From Stegostoma tigrinum (taxonomy: Eukaryota): a stretch of 64,000 nt of DNA. Shown one piece after another: positions 52,520-63,491 of this stretch (the stretch's first letter is position 1; each line of letters begins with the position of its first letter). Position numbers and translations under genes: made by a program. The notes beneath the pieces were generated by a model. The model saw only the letters and a program-made list of their open reading frames with translations. It had not been told where the DNA came from and did not search any database. Location: positions 4,744,163 through 4,808,162 of the forward strand of contig NC_081394.1 of assembly GCF_030684315.1 (NCBI RefSeq), read 5' to 3'.

Positions 52520-52760
52520 GCCAGTGCCGACGCCTGAGTGTGACGCTGCCCGTGGGCGAATAGCCGCCTGGCCAGTCGCCAATGGGAAAGCGAACCCGGG
52601 AATGGCTAACCAGATGCGGAGCATTGGTTCGGAGGTCGAGGGCCGGAAAAGGGGTGTTTGAGTCAGGAACTGAAGGGTGAGAGTCGTTGCTGTGGGAGCC
52701 CAAAGGGCCCTGTATCGTTACAAACCTGAGGCACCAACAGAAACATCCTTTCTCTTTCAG
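52520..52760 (+). promoter_or_regulatory. Candidate CpG-rich promoter of gene B
   Basis: CpG-dense stretch with CCAAT (52579-52583), inverted ATTGG (52623-52627), an IRF-like GAAAGCGAAC and an ETS-like CCGGAA just upstream of the leader ATG. Confidence 0.5.
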
Positions 52761-52761
52761 C

Positions 52762-52813
52762 ATGATGGCTTTTTCCCTCAGCCTCTGCGTGATGGCCCTC
52801 GGCTCTGCAACAG
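52762..52813 (+). CDS. ICOSLG: Gene B signal-peptide exon (MMAFSLSLCVMALGSAT)
   Basis: ATG at 52762, hydrophobic leader, phase-1 donor CAG|GTAGGC; directly downstream of a CpG-rich CCAAT region. Confidence 0.7.
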
Positions 52814-54175
52814 GTAGGCTTCTCAGGGTTCCCTCTCTTTTTGAAGGTCACTGAGGGACTGAGTCAGGATGAGAACATCTCTTCGGAGAAGGACAATCCT
52901 CCTCAGAGTAGGGAAGGCTAAGAAGGAGATTGAAGTGGGGCTGTGGGGTTCAGACTCGCCAGTTTCAATCGGGTCAGTGAGGGAGACACTGTTCCCAGGC
53001 TGGATGGTCAGTCACCAGAGGGACGCAGATTGGAGACAGTAGGGAAAAGGCCTGGAGTGGGGGTGTTGGGGAACGGGGGAGAATTTTGCTTTTCCTTCGA
53101 CCCCGAGAGTTCTTGTCAGCACCTGTCACAGGGAGGGTTCACCAGGAACCGTCCAGAAAGTGAAATACGTAAAAGCAAAAGATTTGCAGGACAGATGGGG
53201 AGAACAGCAGAAGGGGAATGGGAATTCATTGGTGAGNNNNNNNNNNNNNNNNNNNNNNNNNNNNNNNNNNNNNNNNNNNNNNNNNNNNNNNNNNNNNNNN
53301 NNNNNNNNNNNNNNNNNNNNNNNNNNNNNNNNNNNNNNNNNNNNNNNNNNNNNNNNNNNNNNNNNNNNNNNNNNNNNNNNNNNNNNNNNNNNNNNNNNNN
53401 NNNNNNNNNNNNNNNNNNNNNNNNNNNNNNNNNNNNNNNNNNNNNNNNNNNNNNNNNNNNNNNNNNNNNNNNNNNNNNNNNNNNNNNNNNNNNNNNNNNN
53501 NNNNNNNNNNNNNNNNNNNNNNNNNNNNNNNNNNNNNNNNNNNNNNNNNNNNNNNNNNNNNNNNNNNCGTGACTCCAAACCAACAGCGAATGTGGCTGAC
53601 TCTGAACTGGGCAATAATTGCTGCTCAGCCAGTGAAGCCCTCATCCCATGAATGAAAGAAAGACACATCCTGTCTCGTTGCAGTAGGATTGAGCTTGTGA
53701 ACAGCTAGACTACAATTGCAGTGAGATCCAGCGTGTGGATAATTAGAGTCTAGTTGCGAAAAGATGCTTCGGGAGGTTAGTGAGAGATTAATTGCATCTT
53801 CGGGGCGGTTAGAGTTCAAGTGCTTTTAATTGCGTCTGAACAAATGCAATGCACTCAATTTCATTTCCACAGAAATATAGAAAGCCTAACTCCTCAAAGC
53901 TTCCCTTCCAGCCAGCTACTGAACCACTACAGTTTGGCCCAATCCTGTTTTCTCCCAATTAAACCAGTAATTGCTGGAGAAACTCAGCAGGCCTGGCAGC
54001 ATCAGTGGAGAAAGAGAGAGATAGAAACAGAATGAACATTCCTGGTTCAGAGGGTGAAGAAGTGACCCTTCTTCATTGGGATAGTAACTGGGGTAAGGTT
54101 GGTATTTATATGATGACCGGGGGCCGGAGAGAAAAAATAGTGGATCTGGTTGAGACGGATCCCAGAGAGAGAGAG

Positions 54176-54215
<40 letters not shown>

Positions 54216-57200
54216 GGTCAGGCAAACAAAGGGATAAATAATGGTGAGCCAGGGAGAAAGGGAAGCTAATAATGGTGCCCATACAGTGGTGGGAGGGGGC
54301 TGAGGGTGTGAGAGAATGAATTAGCTGTGCTGAAAGCAGGCAGTGGAGAGTGGGGAAAGCTCATGGGCGAAAGTGTTCACGCCCCCAAATTATTGACATA
54401 TTGAGTCCCGAAGTCTGCGGGGTCCCCCAAGCGGAAGATGAGGTGCTGTGAGCCCAGCTGGCACTGAGCTTGGCTGGAGCACCGCAGCAAGCCTAAGACG
54501 GAGGTGTCGACCAAGGGAACACAGGTGAAAGTGGCAAGCAACTGCAAACGTAATGTACTCGATCGCCATCTCAATCCGTTACCCTGCACCCTCTGTTGTC
54601 AGATAAATACCACCCTTTCCCCAGCCCCAGTCAGTTCTGCAGGAGAGTCACTGGGGCCTGAAATGCTCACTCGGTTTCTCCGTCTACCGATGCTGCCAGA
54701 CCTGCTGAGTTTCTCCAGCAATTTCTTTTCTGACTTTCACTGACTTACTTTCATTTTACTGTTAACATCCACTGTCTACATGTTGGCCTGGAACAGGATT
54801 CTCTACTGAGCTTTGGAACTGATCCCAAGCTAATTGTTACTTGTGGATATTTTAGTTGGCAGCATCTTGTGTTTGAAACGTTATTTTATACAGTCCCATG
54901 TAATATACAAATATAACTATTAAGAAGTCAGGCCCAAAGAATTCTCATCAAGCAACAGAAGACAGGATAGAGGTCTCAGTAATGAAATAATGAGACAACA
55001 AGAGGGTGACACAGAACCTGGCTATTTCCATTTTGAGCCCATCATGATGATTGTCAGAATTGTAAACTTCAAACAACTGAGCCAATTTAATTTTGATTTA
55101 TTATCGTCACATGTACCTGGGTAGAGTGAAAAGTTTTGTTTCGCATGGAGTGCAGAAAGATCAATAGGTGGATAGCAAGAACTGCCTATGCTGGTGATCC
55201 TGAGATAACAAGGTGTAGAGCTGGAGGAACGCAGCAGGCCAGGCAGCATCAGAGGAGCAGGAAAGCTGACGTTTCGGGTCGGGACCATTCAACAGTGGTT
55301 GAACAGAGCGAGGAATACAAAGTTACTGCGCAGAGAGGGTGTGTACAACAAGAAGATCAGGGTTAGATTTGAAATTTGAGTGGCCCAGATAGAAGTCTAA
55401 TAACAGCGAGGAAGCACCTGGTCTTCAATCTGTTGGTAACAAGGTGTGGAGCTGGATGAACACAGCAGGCCAAGCAGCATCTCAGGAGCACAAAAGCTGA
55501 CGTTTCGGGCATAGACCCATCTGTTGGTGCTGTTTGAGTTTTAAAAACTGCAGGGATTTGGCTCTGAATTGCTAAAGAGAACAGGAAATTAAAACCTCCT
55601 TGATCGCTGAGTAATTATGATAAAACTACTCAATTATGTTGTTTGCAGGGGATTGAGCATAATCATAATATCTATGCTGTCAAGAAGCTACATATATTCT
55701 CTGAATATAAAGGATGTTCTGACTTACCCCCGAACATACAAAACTTTGTCCACTGCGATAGTTTGAAACTTGGCATTCTTGCAGGGGAGTTAATGTAGGC
55801 CAAATTTTTCTGCTCCCAACAAGGTTTGAGCTATCTGGGCAGCCCAAAGCTGAGCTTTCTGTGACAAAGGCTTGGCAGTGAGGTTTGGCTGATCCCAGCA
55901 AGCATGAAATTGACAAATGTTCTGGGATTGCGGTTCTCAGAGGAGGTTCGGCAGGGCGATAACATCTGGTGATGAAAATGGGGAGGGCCGGCCAGATGGC
56001 TCCCATCTCCGATCGGGTCGATCCCATCCATCGGAAGGGAAATGTAAATCCAGCTGTAAAGGGAACTGCAGATGCTGGAGAATCCGAGATGACAAAGTGT
56101 GGAGCTGGATGAACGCAGCAGGCCAAGCAGCATCTTAGGAGCTCATCCAACCTCATCCAGCTCCGCACTTTGTCATCTCTGTAAACCCAGCTCCCTGGAA
56201 TTTGGGAGAACGTGGTGGCGAGCATCAGACTGTTGAGGAATAACCCAAATCCGCTTCACTGATGCCCGCCAGGGAAGGATATCCCGGTCTGGTCCCACTT
56301 GTGACTCTGGAAGGACGGGAAACAGAGTGGAGAATGCTATCCCAGCTGATTCCGAGCATCATTCCCAGCTTTGCCCAAGTGTAGCGAATGGAGAGCAGTG
56401 CCAGGGAGTTAAAAGGATCAGCTCCAAATTGCCTAGAAGTTTTCCTCCAGCAAAGGGGTAGGGATAGGATCAGTGGGTGAGTGAAGAAATTGGCAAATAG
56501 ATTATAACGTGGGTAGGAGGAGGATTCTGCAAGCTACAGAGCAGAAGTAGACCAGCCAGTCCAGCCTGACCTATGACCTAACTCTACATCCCCAGCCTTG
56601 GCTTCATCTCCCTTCATCATTTTGACTTAACAAGAAAAGGTTATCTCTCCCAGATTTCAAAAACCCAGCACCTGCTGGTACCTGTGGAAGTGAGTTCCAA
56701 ACATCTCCCTGTTGTGTGTCGAAGCGATTCCTAACGTCTCCACTGAACGCCCTGGCCGCCGCTCTCAGGCTCTGCCTCCTATTTCTAGAATCCCCAACCA
56801 GTTTTTATTGGCCCAGGGAGCATTGAAGGGCAGCGAGCACACTATTGAGGTGAAAGAGGGATTATAGACCTCTGCGATTCACAGAGATGTGGAATGCAGC
56901 TCAGCCCATCCCACAAACCAGCCTTCCATCCATTTCCTCTGTCTACATTTCCCCCTGCCTTGGGAAAGCTGGCAACATCATCACCCACCCCACTCTTCCA
57001 ACTTCTGGGCAGAAGATTACAGATAGTTTGAATGCACATACTGTCAGATTGAAAACAGCTTCTTCCCCGCCGTTATTACACTTTTGAGCAGACCTCTCGG
57101 ACGTTAATTCTGACTTCTCTCTGTCTGCACCTTCTCTGTATTCTACTCTCTGTCCTGCTACCCTGATGCACAATATATGTTACAATCTGCCTGCACGCCA

Positions 57201-60200
57201 TGCAAAACAATACTCTTCACTGTGTTGTGGCACATGCGACAACATGGTGGCCGACTGTTTAGCGCTGCTGCCTCACAGCGCCAGGAACCCAGGTTCGATT
57301 CTAACCTCGGGCAGCTGTCAGTGTGGAGTTTGCATGTTCTCCCAAAAGCTGCCAGACCTTCTTCAAGGTCCTCCAGTTTCCTCCAGAGTCCAAAGGAGTG
57401 CAGGATTGGCCATGGGCGGAAATGCAGGGACAGGATAACCGTAGGCAAGGTGGTGTTGGGCTCAACAAGTCGATTTGCCTGCTTCCCACACCGCAGGGAG
57501 TTTTGTTTTGAAAAGAATCGAATGATAGGATAGGACAGGTACAGCGAATGGCTCAGAAGCAAGATGACTTTTTTGGCGTGTACTGCAAGGGAAGTGGGGA
57601 TGTACAAATGGGGAAGTTTTGCTGCAACCTTTCCGAGCTTTGTGGAGACCACAGACAGAGAAACACGTCCTGCTCTTTTTTAGGGAAGGAGATGCTTGCC
57701 TTGGAAATAGTTCAGAGAGGGTTCACCTGGTTCGATCCTGGACCCCTTTCCTCAGACGCAGAAAATATTTGAGAAGAATTTGTTCGCTGGCCCTGGGTGT
57801 CACTTATTTCCCAACCCCTTTGTTGCCTAGGTGCAATGGCTCCATTCGGCCCATTGAGATTCCTCTGCCATTCTATGAGATCGTTGGCAATTCTGATCAC
57901 CCTCTCCTCTTCTCCTCCGTAAACTCGGGTTCCCTCCACCGACTGAAAATCAACCCCGTTGCTATGGATCTGGAGTCACGCGTAGGTGACCCCAGGGATG
58001 GGAGGGAGGTGTTGGGTAAAGGACAGCAGATAACCCAGGCATTCAGAAACAGTGTTTCTAACGAGGCAGTCGAGCTAGCTTTTCTGTTTTTAAAAGTTAA
58101 ATTCAAGTTGCAGGAGGTACCATGACCAAACCCCAGAGCATTAGTCAGGAGCTCTGCTGGGACATTTGAGTTGTAAAAGAGACTGGGACAACACAGTGTG
58201 GAGCTGGAGGAACACGGCAGGCCAGGCAGCATCAGAGGGAGCAGGAAAGCTGACGTTTCGGGTCTGGACCCTGGGGACTGTTTTCCAGTGCGGAATGAAC
58301 TTCCTGAGGAAGTGGTGGATGTGCGTACAATTACAATGTTTGAAAGACCTTGAGATAAGGACATGAATGGGAAAGGTTTGGATGGACGTGGGCCGGGAGC
58401 AGGCAGGTGGGACTGGTTGGGTTTAGGTCTACAGTCGGCATTGACTGGTGGACCAAAGTGTGTGACTACTCCTGCGATAATGTTACTGTCTCGCCATCTT
58501 CAGCCGATGCCCATTGGGGATGAACAAGAAGGAGAGGTGATCTTGTTAAAGGTTAGAGGATCCCGATAGAGCCAATTGAGAGACAGATTCAGAATGAAGC
58601 GTTTTACCTCAAGAAAAATGGAGGTGAACAAGCATCTGTTCTCTCAGACAGTTACGAGTGAAGAGATAGTCTGATGAGCAAAGGTTAAACAGGCTGGCAT
58701 TTTACACATTGGAGTTCAGACAAACGGGAGATTATCTCATTGAAACATATCAGATTCTTTAAGGGCATGACAGGGTAAATGCTGAGAGGATGTTACGCCC
58801 TCATGAGGAGAGTCCCGGACCAGAAGGTGTAGTCACAGAATAAAAGGGCACTAAATGTAAGACTGAGATGAGGAGGAATTTCTTCTCTCAGAGGGCTGTG
58901 AGTCTTTGGAACTCATTGTCTCAGAGAGCCGTTGGTGGCGGTGGGGGGCGGGGGGGTGCAGAGTCCTTGAGTATATTTAAGTCTGAGACAGATTCTTGAT
59001 CAGTTGGGGGCTTATGAGGAAGAGGGGACATGAGGAACATCATAGGAGCAGCCGTGATCCTATTGAATGGGGGAGCAGGCTTGGGGGCCAAACGGCCTAT
59101 TTCTTAAGGAGTGGTTGGCATCCATTCTACCAGCAGCAGACCCCCTAACCGCCTCGCCCCCAACTCCACTTGGAGAGCAGGAGGGATTCTGGGCCATTGG
59201 AGAATGTTGAGAATTGGGAATGTTCCCAAGGAATGTGGTTTCGGGGTGGAGGGGGGGGGGCAGCGGTGGAAGCTGGTGGCGGGGGGAGGAATTTGGGAAG
59301 GGCAGCGTCTGAGAGTGTGGCACGGTCAGTTCAAATGGGGACCTCCAGAAGGGAGTGGGATCCTTAAACCCAGAAGATGAGGGTGGGGTGGGTGGGAGGG
59401 GAGAGAGAAAACAGTGCAGGGGTCAACGGAGAGGGATGGGGATGGTGGCAAGTGGTGGGGGTGGGGCGCTAACGGAGATTGGCACGCAGGGAGCGATGGG
59501 CTGAATGGCCACCCGCCTCGCTGTGCGGCGATCCCATTAAACTTTCCTCCTCTGCTGTTCTGGCCAGCTACCAGTTGCGACGGAGTTCAGGAGCTCAATA
59601 TGACGGGCCCATACGGGGGCGAGGTGATCCTGCCTTGTTACTTGACAGAGGCCTACAGAGCATACTGGCAGACCGAGGCAGAAGATCGACCAGCGCTGGT
59701 GAACGCTTTTTGCCATGAGGAAGTGTCGGGCTGTGACAGCATCAGCGCCCAGTACATCAACCGCTCGTGCTTCGTCCACGCAGAGAAGTCGGGGAATTTC
59801 TCCCTTCGTCTCTGGGACCTCAGGCCCCGCGACGAGATGACCTATCAGTGCGTGCTGCAGTCACAGCAACGGTCCAATGTCAAGTGTTACAGACTCCGAC
59901 TGAGCATCGAAGGTACGGCTCATTTCTGAAGCAGCCCTGAAAGCGGCCCTTTGGTCCCGTTGCCCCCAGACTCGCCCGCTGTGAGGTGCCCACCGAAACA
60001 CTGTAGAAGGGAAGACGGTGGTGGCGACTTCGGCCAACCAAGACAGCGCCCCCAACTCAGACTTCGCCAATGTTACCGAGGCTCCCAGACCTGTTTCCTA
60101 AGCAATGAATTCCAGACACTGACCACCCCCTGGGGTGGAAATCATTTCCCTCGAATCCCCTCATAACCCCTTGCTCCCCGTTGCTCCCTCGCCCTTGTAT

Positions 60201-61939
60201 TTGACCCCTCTGCCAGAGGGAGAGCATTTCTCCCTGCCTGCCCTATCCATCGCCCTCAGAACTATGCACACCACAGTCAGAATGGATTCCAGCCTCAGCT
60301 TTCCGATTTGGAGCTTCATCTAGACCAAAAGCTCATGGTTTTGAGATAAGGCAGATTCAAAACAGAGATGACTTATCTCAAAGGGAGGTGAACCTGGTGG
60401 AATTCACTTGCGCACTACCCCCCACCACCCCAGTGCAGTGGATACTGTAAATTTAAGAAGGAGACAGCTTTTATTTAAATCAGTAATGAGTTATGTAGAG
60501 TAGGCAGGAGAAGAGAGCTGGTGCTGATCAGCTGTGATGTTATGGAATGGGGCAGCAGATTCGTGGGGGCTGAATGGCCTACTCCAGCTCCTAGCTCTGA
60601 TGTTGTTATGTTGTCTGTTCCAGCCTGAACAGTCCGTTCCCACAGCCAAATTGCTCCCTCCCTATCCTGGTGAATCGTCTCTGAGCCCTCTCCAGGGCTG
60701 CCACATCCTCCTCTGTAGCACAGTGACCAGAACTGTGGCTGTCCTCCAGCTGTGATCAAACTCACATCTTACAGCTCCAAACCCAAGCTCCCTCCGCATC
60801 TTACTGCCCCTTTACCGCAGGGAGTAGGCTAGTCGCATCGCAGAGTAGGTTTGGATCCTTGTGGCCCAGGGTGGCTAGCACTGCTGCCTCCTGGCGCCAG
60901 GGACCCGGGTTCGATCCCACCCTCAGGCGACTGTCTGTGTGGAGTTTCCCTGTGTCCGCTTGAGTTTCCTCTGGTTTCCTCCCACAGTCCAGGGATTTGC
61001 AGGCTAGGTGGAAATTGTCCCACAGTGTCCAGGGATGCGGAATTATGGGATGCTGTTTGGAGGGTCAATGTTGCCCAGTTGATCTACTTTTTAAACTCAT
61101 TCATGGAATCAGGGAATCACTGGACAGGCCAGCATCTAATGTCCATCCCTAATTTCCCAAGAGGGCAGCCACATTGCTGTGGGTCTGGAGTCACGTGTAG
61201 GCCCAGACCAGGTAAGGATGGCAGTTTCCTTCCCTAAAGGACATGAGTGAACCAGATGAGTTTTTCCCGACAATTGGCAATGGATTCGTGGTCATCACCT
61301 GACTCTCAATTCCAGATTTTTTTTTAAACTGATTTCAGCATCTGCCGTGTTGGGTATGAACCCCGCCCCAGGCCAGTCCCCAAAATATCACCCAGGTCTC
61401 TGATTAAATAGTCCAGTGATAAGACACAAGGCCATCACCTTCCCTGTTTCCATACTGTAGGGATTCTTCAAGTCGAAGTGGATGAGGACACCAGTTGAGG
61501 AGCTTGTGTGAGAATGGCAGGATGTCAGATTCCCTCTAATCAGGGCAAAGGTCAGGCCCTTCAAATCCGAACAGGGATCTGTGAGCATCCAGTCTCCCAT
61601 CTCCCACTGGTTGGCAAATCCATGACCTCTCTCTCTTCCTCTCTCCAGCCCAGGGGAGTCAGCCAAACATGCATGTCGCAAAGCAAAGACAGGGACAAGA
61701 GACAGTCCTGACCTGCTCAGTCACTGGGATCTACCCCAAGCCAGAGGTGAAGTGGCTCAATGAGACAGACAACAGTGAGCTACCGCTGAGCCTGGTGCAC
61801 ACGAAAGCAGAGAACAGGACAGACGAACGGTACAATGTGAAAAGCACTCTGAGACTAGAGCCGCACAGCATGGATAATATCACCTGTCAAATAATCAACA
61901 ACAGGAGCAAAGAGGTCATTTGGCATGTCAGACACATGG
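52762..61939 (+). CDS. ICOSLG: Gene B: ICOS-ligand-like B7-family protein, 3'-partial, join(52762-52813,59568-59912,61649-61939,...)
   Basis: Leader, IgV and IgC exons, all phase 1. YWQT, YINR, GNFSLRLWDLRPRDE..YQC and GIYPKPEVKWLNETDNSEL closely recall mammalian ICOSL (YWQT, YRNR, GDFSLRL..PQDE..FHC, GYPRPNVYWINKTDNSLL, recalled from memory). Orthology is inferred. Confidence 0.72.
53237..53567. other. Assembly gap
   Basis: Run of N. Confidence 1.
55175..56180. mobile_element. Cluster of three short Penelope terminal-repeat copies (about 55175-55290, 55438-55518, 56060-56180); others near 25466-25560, 25750-25865, 28100-28225, 58185-58272
   Basis: Shared GCTGGATGAACACAGCAGGCCAAGCAGCATC core; ATCTGTTGGT flanks the 55438 copy on both sides. 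Confidence 0.7.
57245..57500 (+). mobile_element. HE1/V-SINE-like element (others about 39613-39722 and 60868-61050)
   Basis: GCTGCCTCACAGCGCCAGG..CC.GGTTCGAT head and core. Confidence 0.65.
57520..59105 (+). mobile_element. Several diverged CR1-type fragments in gene B intron
   Basis: ALEIVQRGFT, GATTATCTCATTGAAACATA, TTCTTCTCTCAGAGGG..TGGAAC motifs. Confidence 0.55.
59568..59912 (+). CDS. ICOSLG: Gene B IgV exon (7 cysteines)
   Basis: Pyrimidine tract + ggccag| ... |gtacgg, 345 nt; GGEVILPC, AYWQ, GNFSLRL, DEMTYQC. Confidence 0.92.
61649..61939 (+). CDS. ICOSLG: Gene B IgC exon
   Basis: (CT)-rich tract + ctccag| ... |gtaagc, 291 nt; VLTCSVTGIYPKPEVKW, YNVKSTLRL, NITCQIIN. Confidence 0.92.
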
Positions 61940-62087
61940 GTAAGCATCTGAGGGAATTCCCCTCCAGGTTACTGACCATTCCCCCTGTCCCCCACTGCCC
62001 ACCTCAGGGCGAGATTCCAGGCTCAGTGGCACAACACTTTCCCAAGGCACTCTCAAAGCCACACAGACCGCTGACTCCACAATCACT

Positions 62088-62312
62088 CTCAGAGGGTCAG
62101 TGCTGAGGGAGCGGGCACTGTCGGAGTGTCAGTGCTGAGGGAGTGGGCACTGTCAGAGGGTCAATGCTGAGGGAGCGGACACTGTAGGAGGGTCAGTGCT
62201 GAGGGAGTGGGCACTGTCGGAAGGTCAGTGCTGAGGGAGTGGGCACTGTCGGAGAGTCAGTGCTGAGGGAGCACCGCACTGTCGGAGGGTCAGTGCTGAG
62301 GGAGCGGGCACT
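62088..62312 (+). repeat. 32-bp minisatellite array
   Basis: About 7 copies. Confidence 0.9.
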
Positions 62313-63129
62313 GGTCCTGACTGATAACATTTGCCTGCTGGGAGTGTTTCCACCCACAACTTCTACCAGTGGGTTCCATTTCAAAGAGAAGGCAGGAAAT
62401 GAGTCTGTAATGTTTCACTGCTGCGGTTAACACAGAGCACATGACAACTCAGATTGGGAAGTGTAAAGTGTTACATTCTGTTCACTTGTTGAGCCTTTAA
62501 GGTAAACGTAAAGCCAAATATAAAGCAGTGATGTGCACCGATCTGAATCCGTGCATAAAAGCTCTCAGAAACAGCGTTTTACAATGGCATTTGGGATTTG
62601 CGATTTGATGAACAGGTGGGAATAAGATGAATGGAAGCCCTTGATGAAATTTTGCAGGGCACGGATTCATATCATGTGTGACTGCAGGCCCCCTACACCT
62701 TTGACCATGAATCTCCAGGCATTTCCCAGGAAACAGAGTTTTCAGTCCTTGGGGGTAGCGACCTGGAGAGGCTGGGATCACTCCTCTCAGAGCTGGCCGG
62801 GATCAGGGAGAGATTGAATCACTACAGAGATGTCAATTGAGTCAATGTGGGAGTCAGGAGAGGACCCACTTGGTGGCGAAGAGGAGGAGAATGTGGTTTT
62901 GGACCCCGCCAGTTCTTCTTGTTTCTGGGACAAGTTGCCCAGAAGGGAACAGATTCCACAGAAACTTCCAAATAGCTGGGGAGGGGGTGAGAGGGAATAT
63001 TGGGGAGACATTGGAGGGAGGAAAAAGTTCAGTGGAGGTAAGAACATGGGAGAGATGGCTCGCAGGGCTAGTACAAGCCAGAGGGCCTGAATGGTGTCCT
63101 CGAGTGCCAGGTGATTTTGTGCACTTTGA

Positions 63130-63491
63130 GTTATACAGCCAGACGGTTGTACCGCACAGGAACAGACCCTTTGGCCCAACTCATCCATACTGACCCAGAT
63201 ATCCTAAAATAATCCAGTCCCATTTGCCAGCATTTGGCCCCTATCCCTCTAAACCCTTCCTATCCACGTCCCCATCCAGATGCCTTTTAAATGCTGTAAC
63301 TGTACCAGTCCCCACCACTTCCTCTGGCAGCTCATTCCATACACGCACCACCCTCAGTGTGAAAAAGTTGCCCCTCAGGTCCCTTTTAAATCTTTCCCCT
63401 CTCACCTGAAACCTTTCATTTTGGGCTCCCCTTTTCTAGGATAAAGACCTTGTCTATTCACCTTATCCATGATTTTATAAACCTCTACAAG
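63130..63491 (-). mobile_element. CR1/HER1-like LINE 3' fragment
   Basis: Near-identical to the 7255-7610 fragment. Confidence 0.8.

Noticed and set aside
52943-53668. ORFs spanning the N run (likewise 6095-6356)
   Set aside because: Artefacts of assembly gaps.
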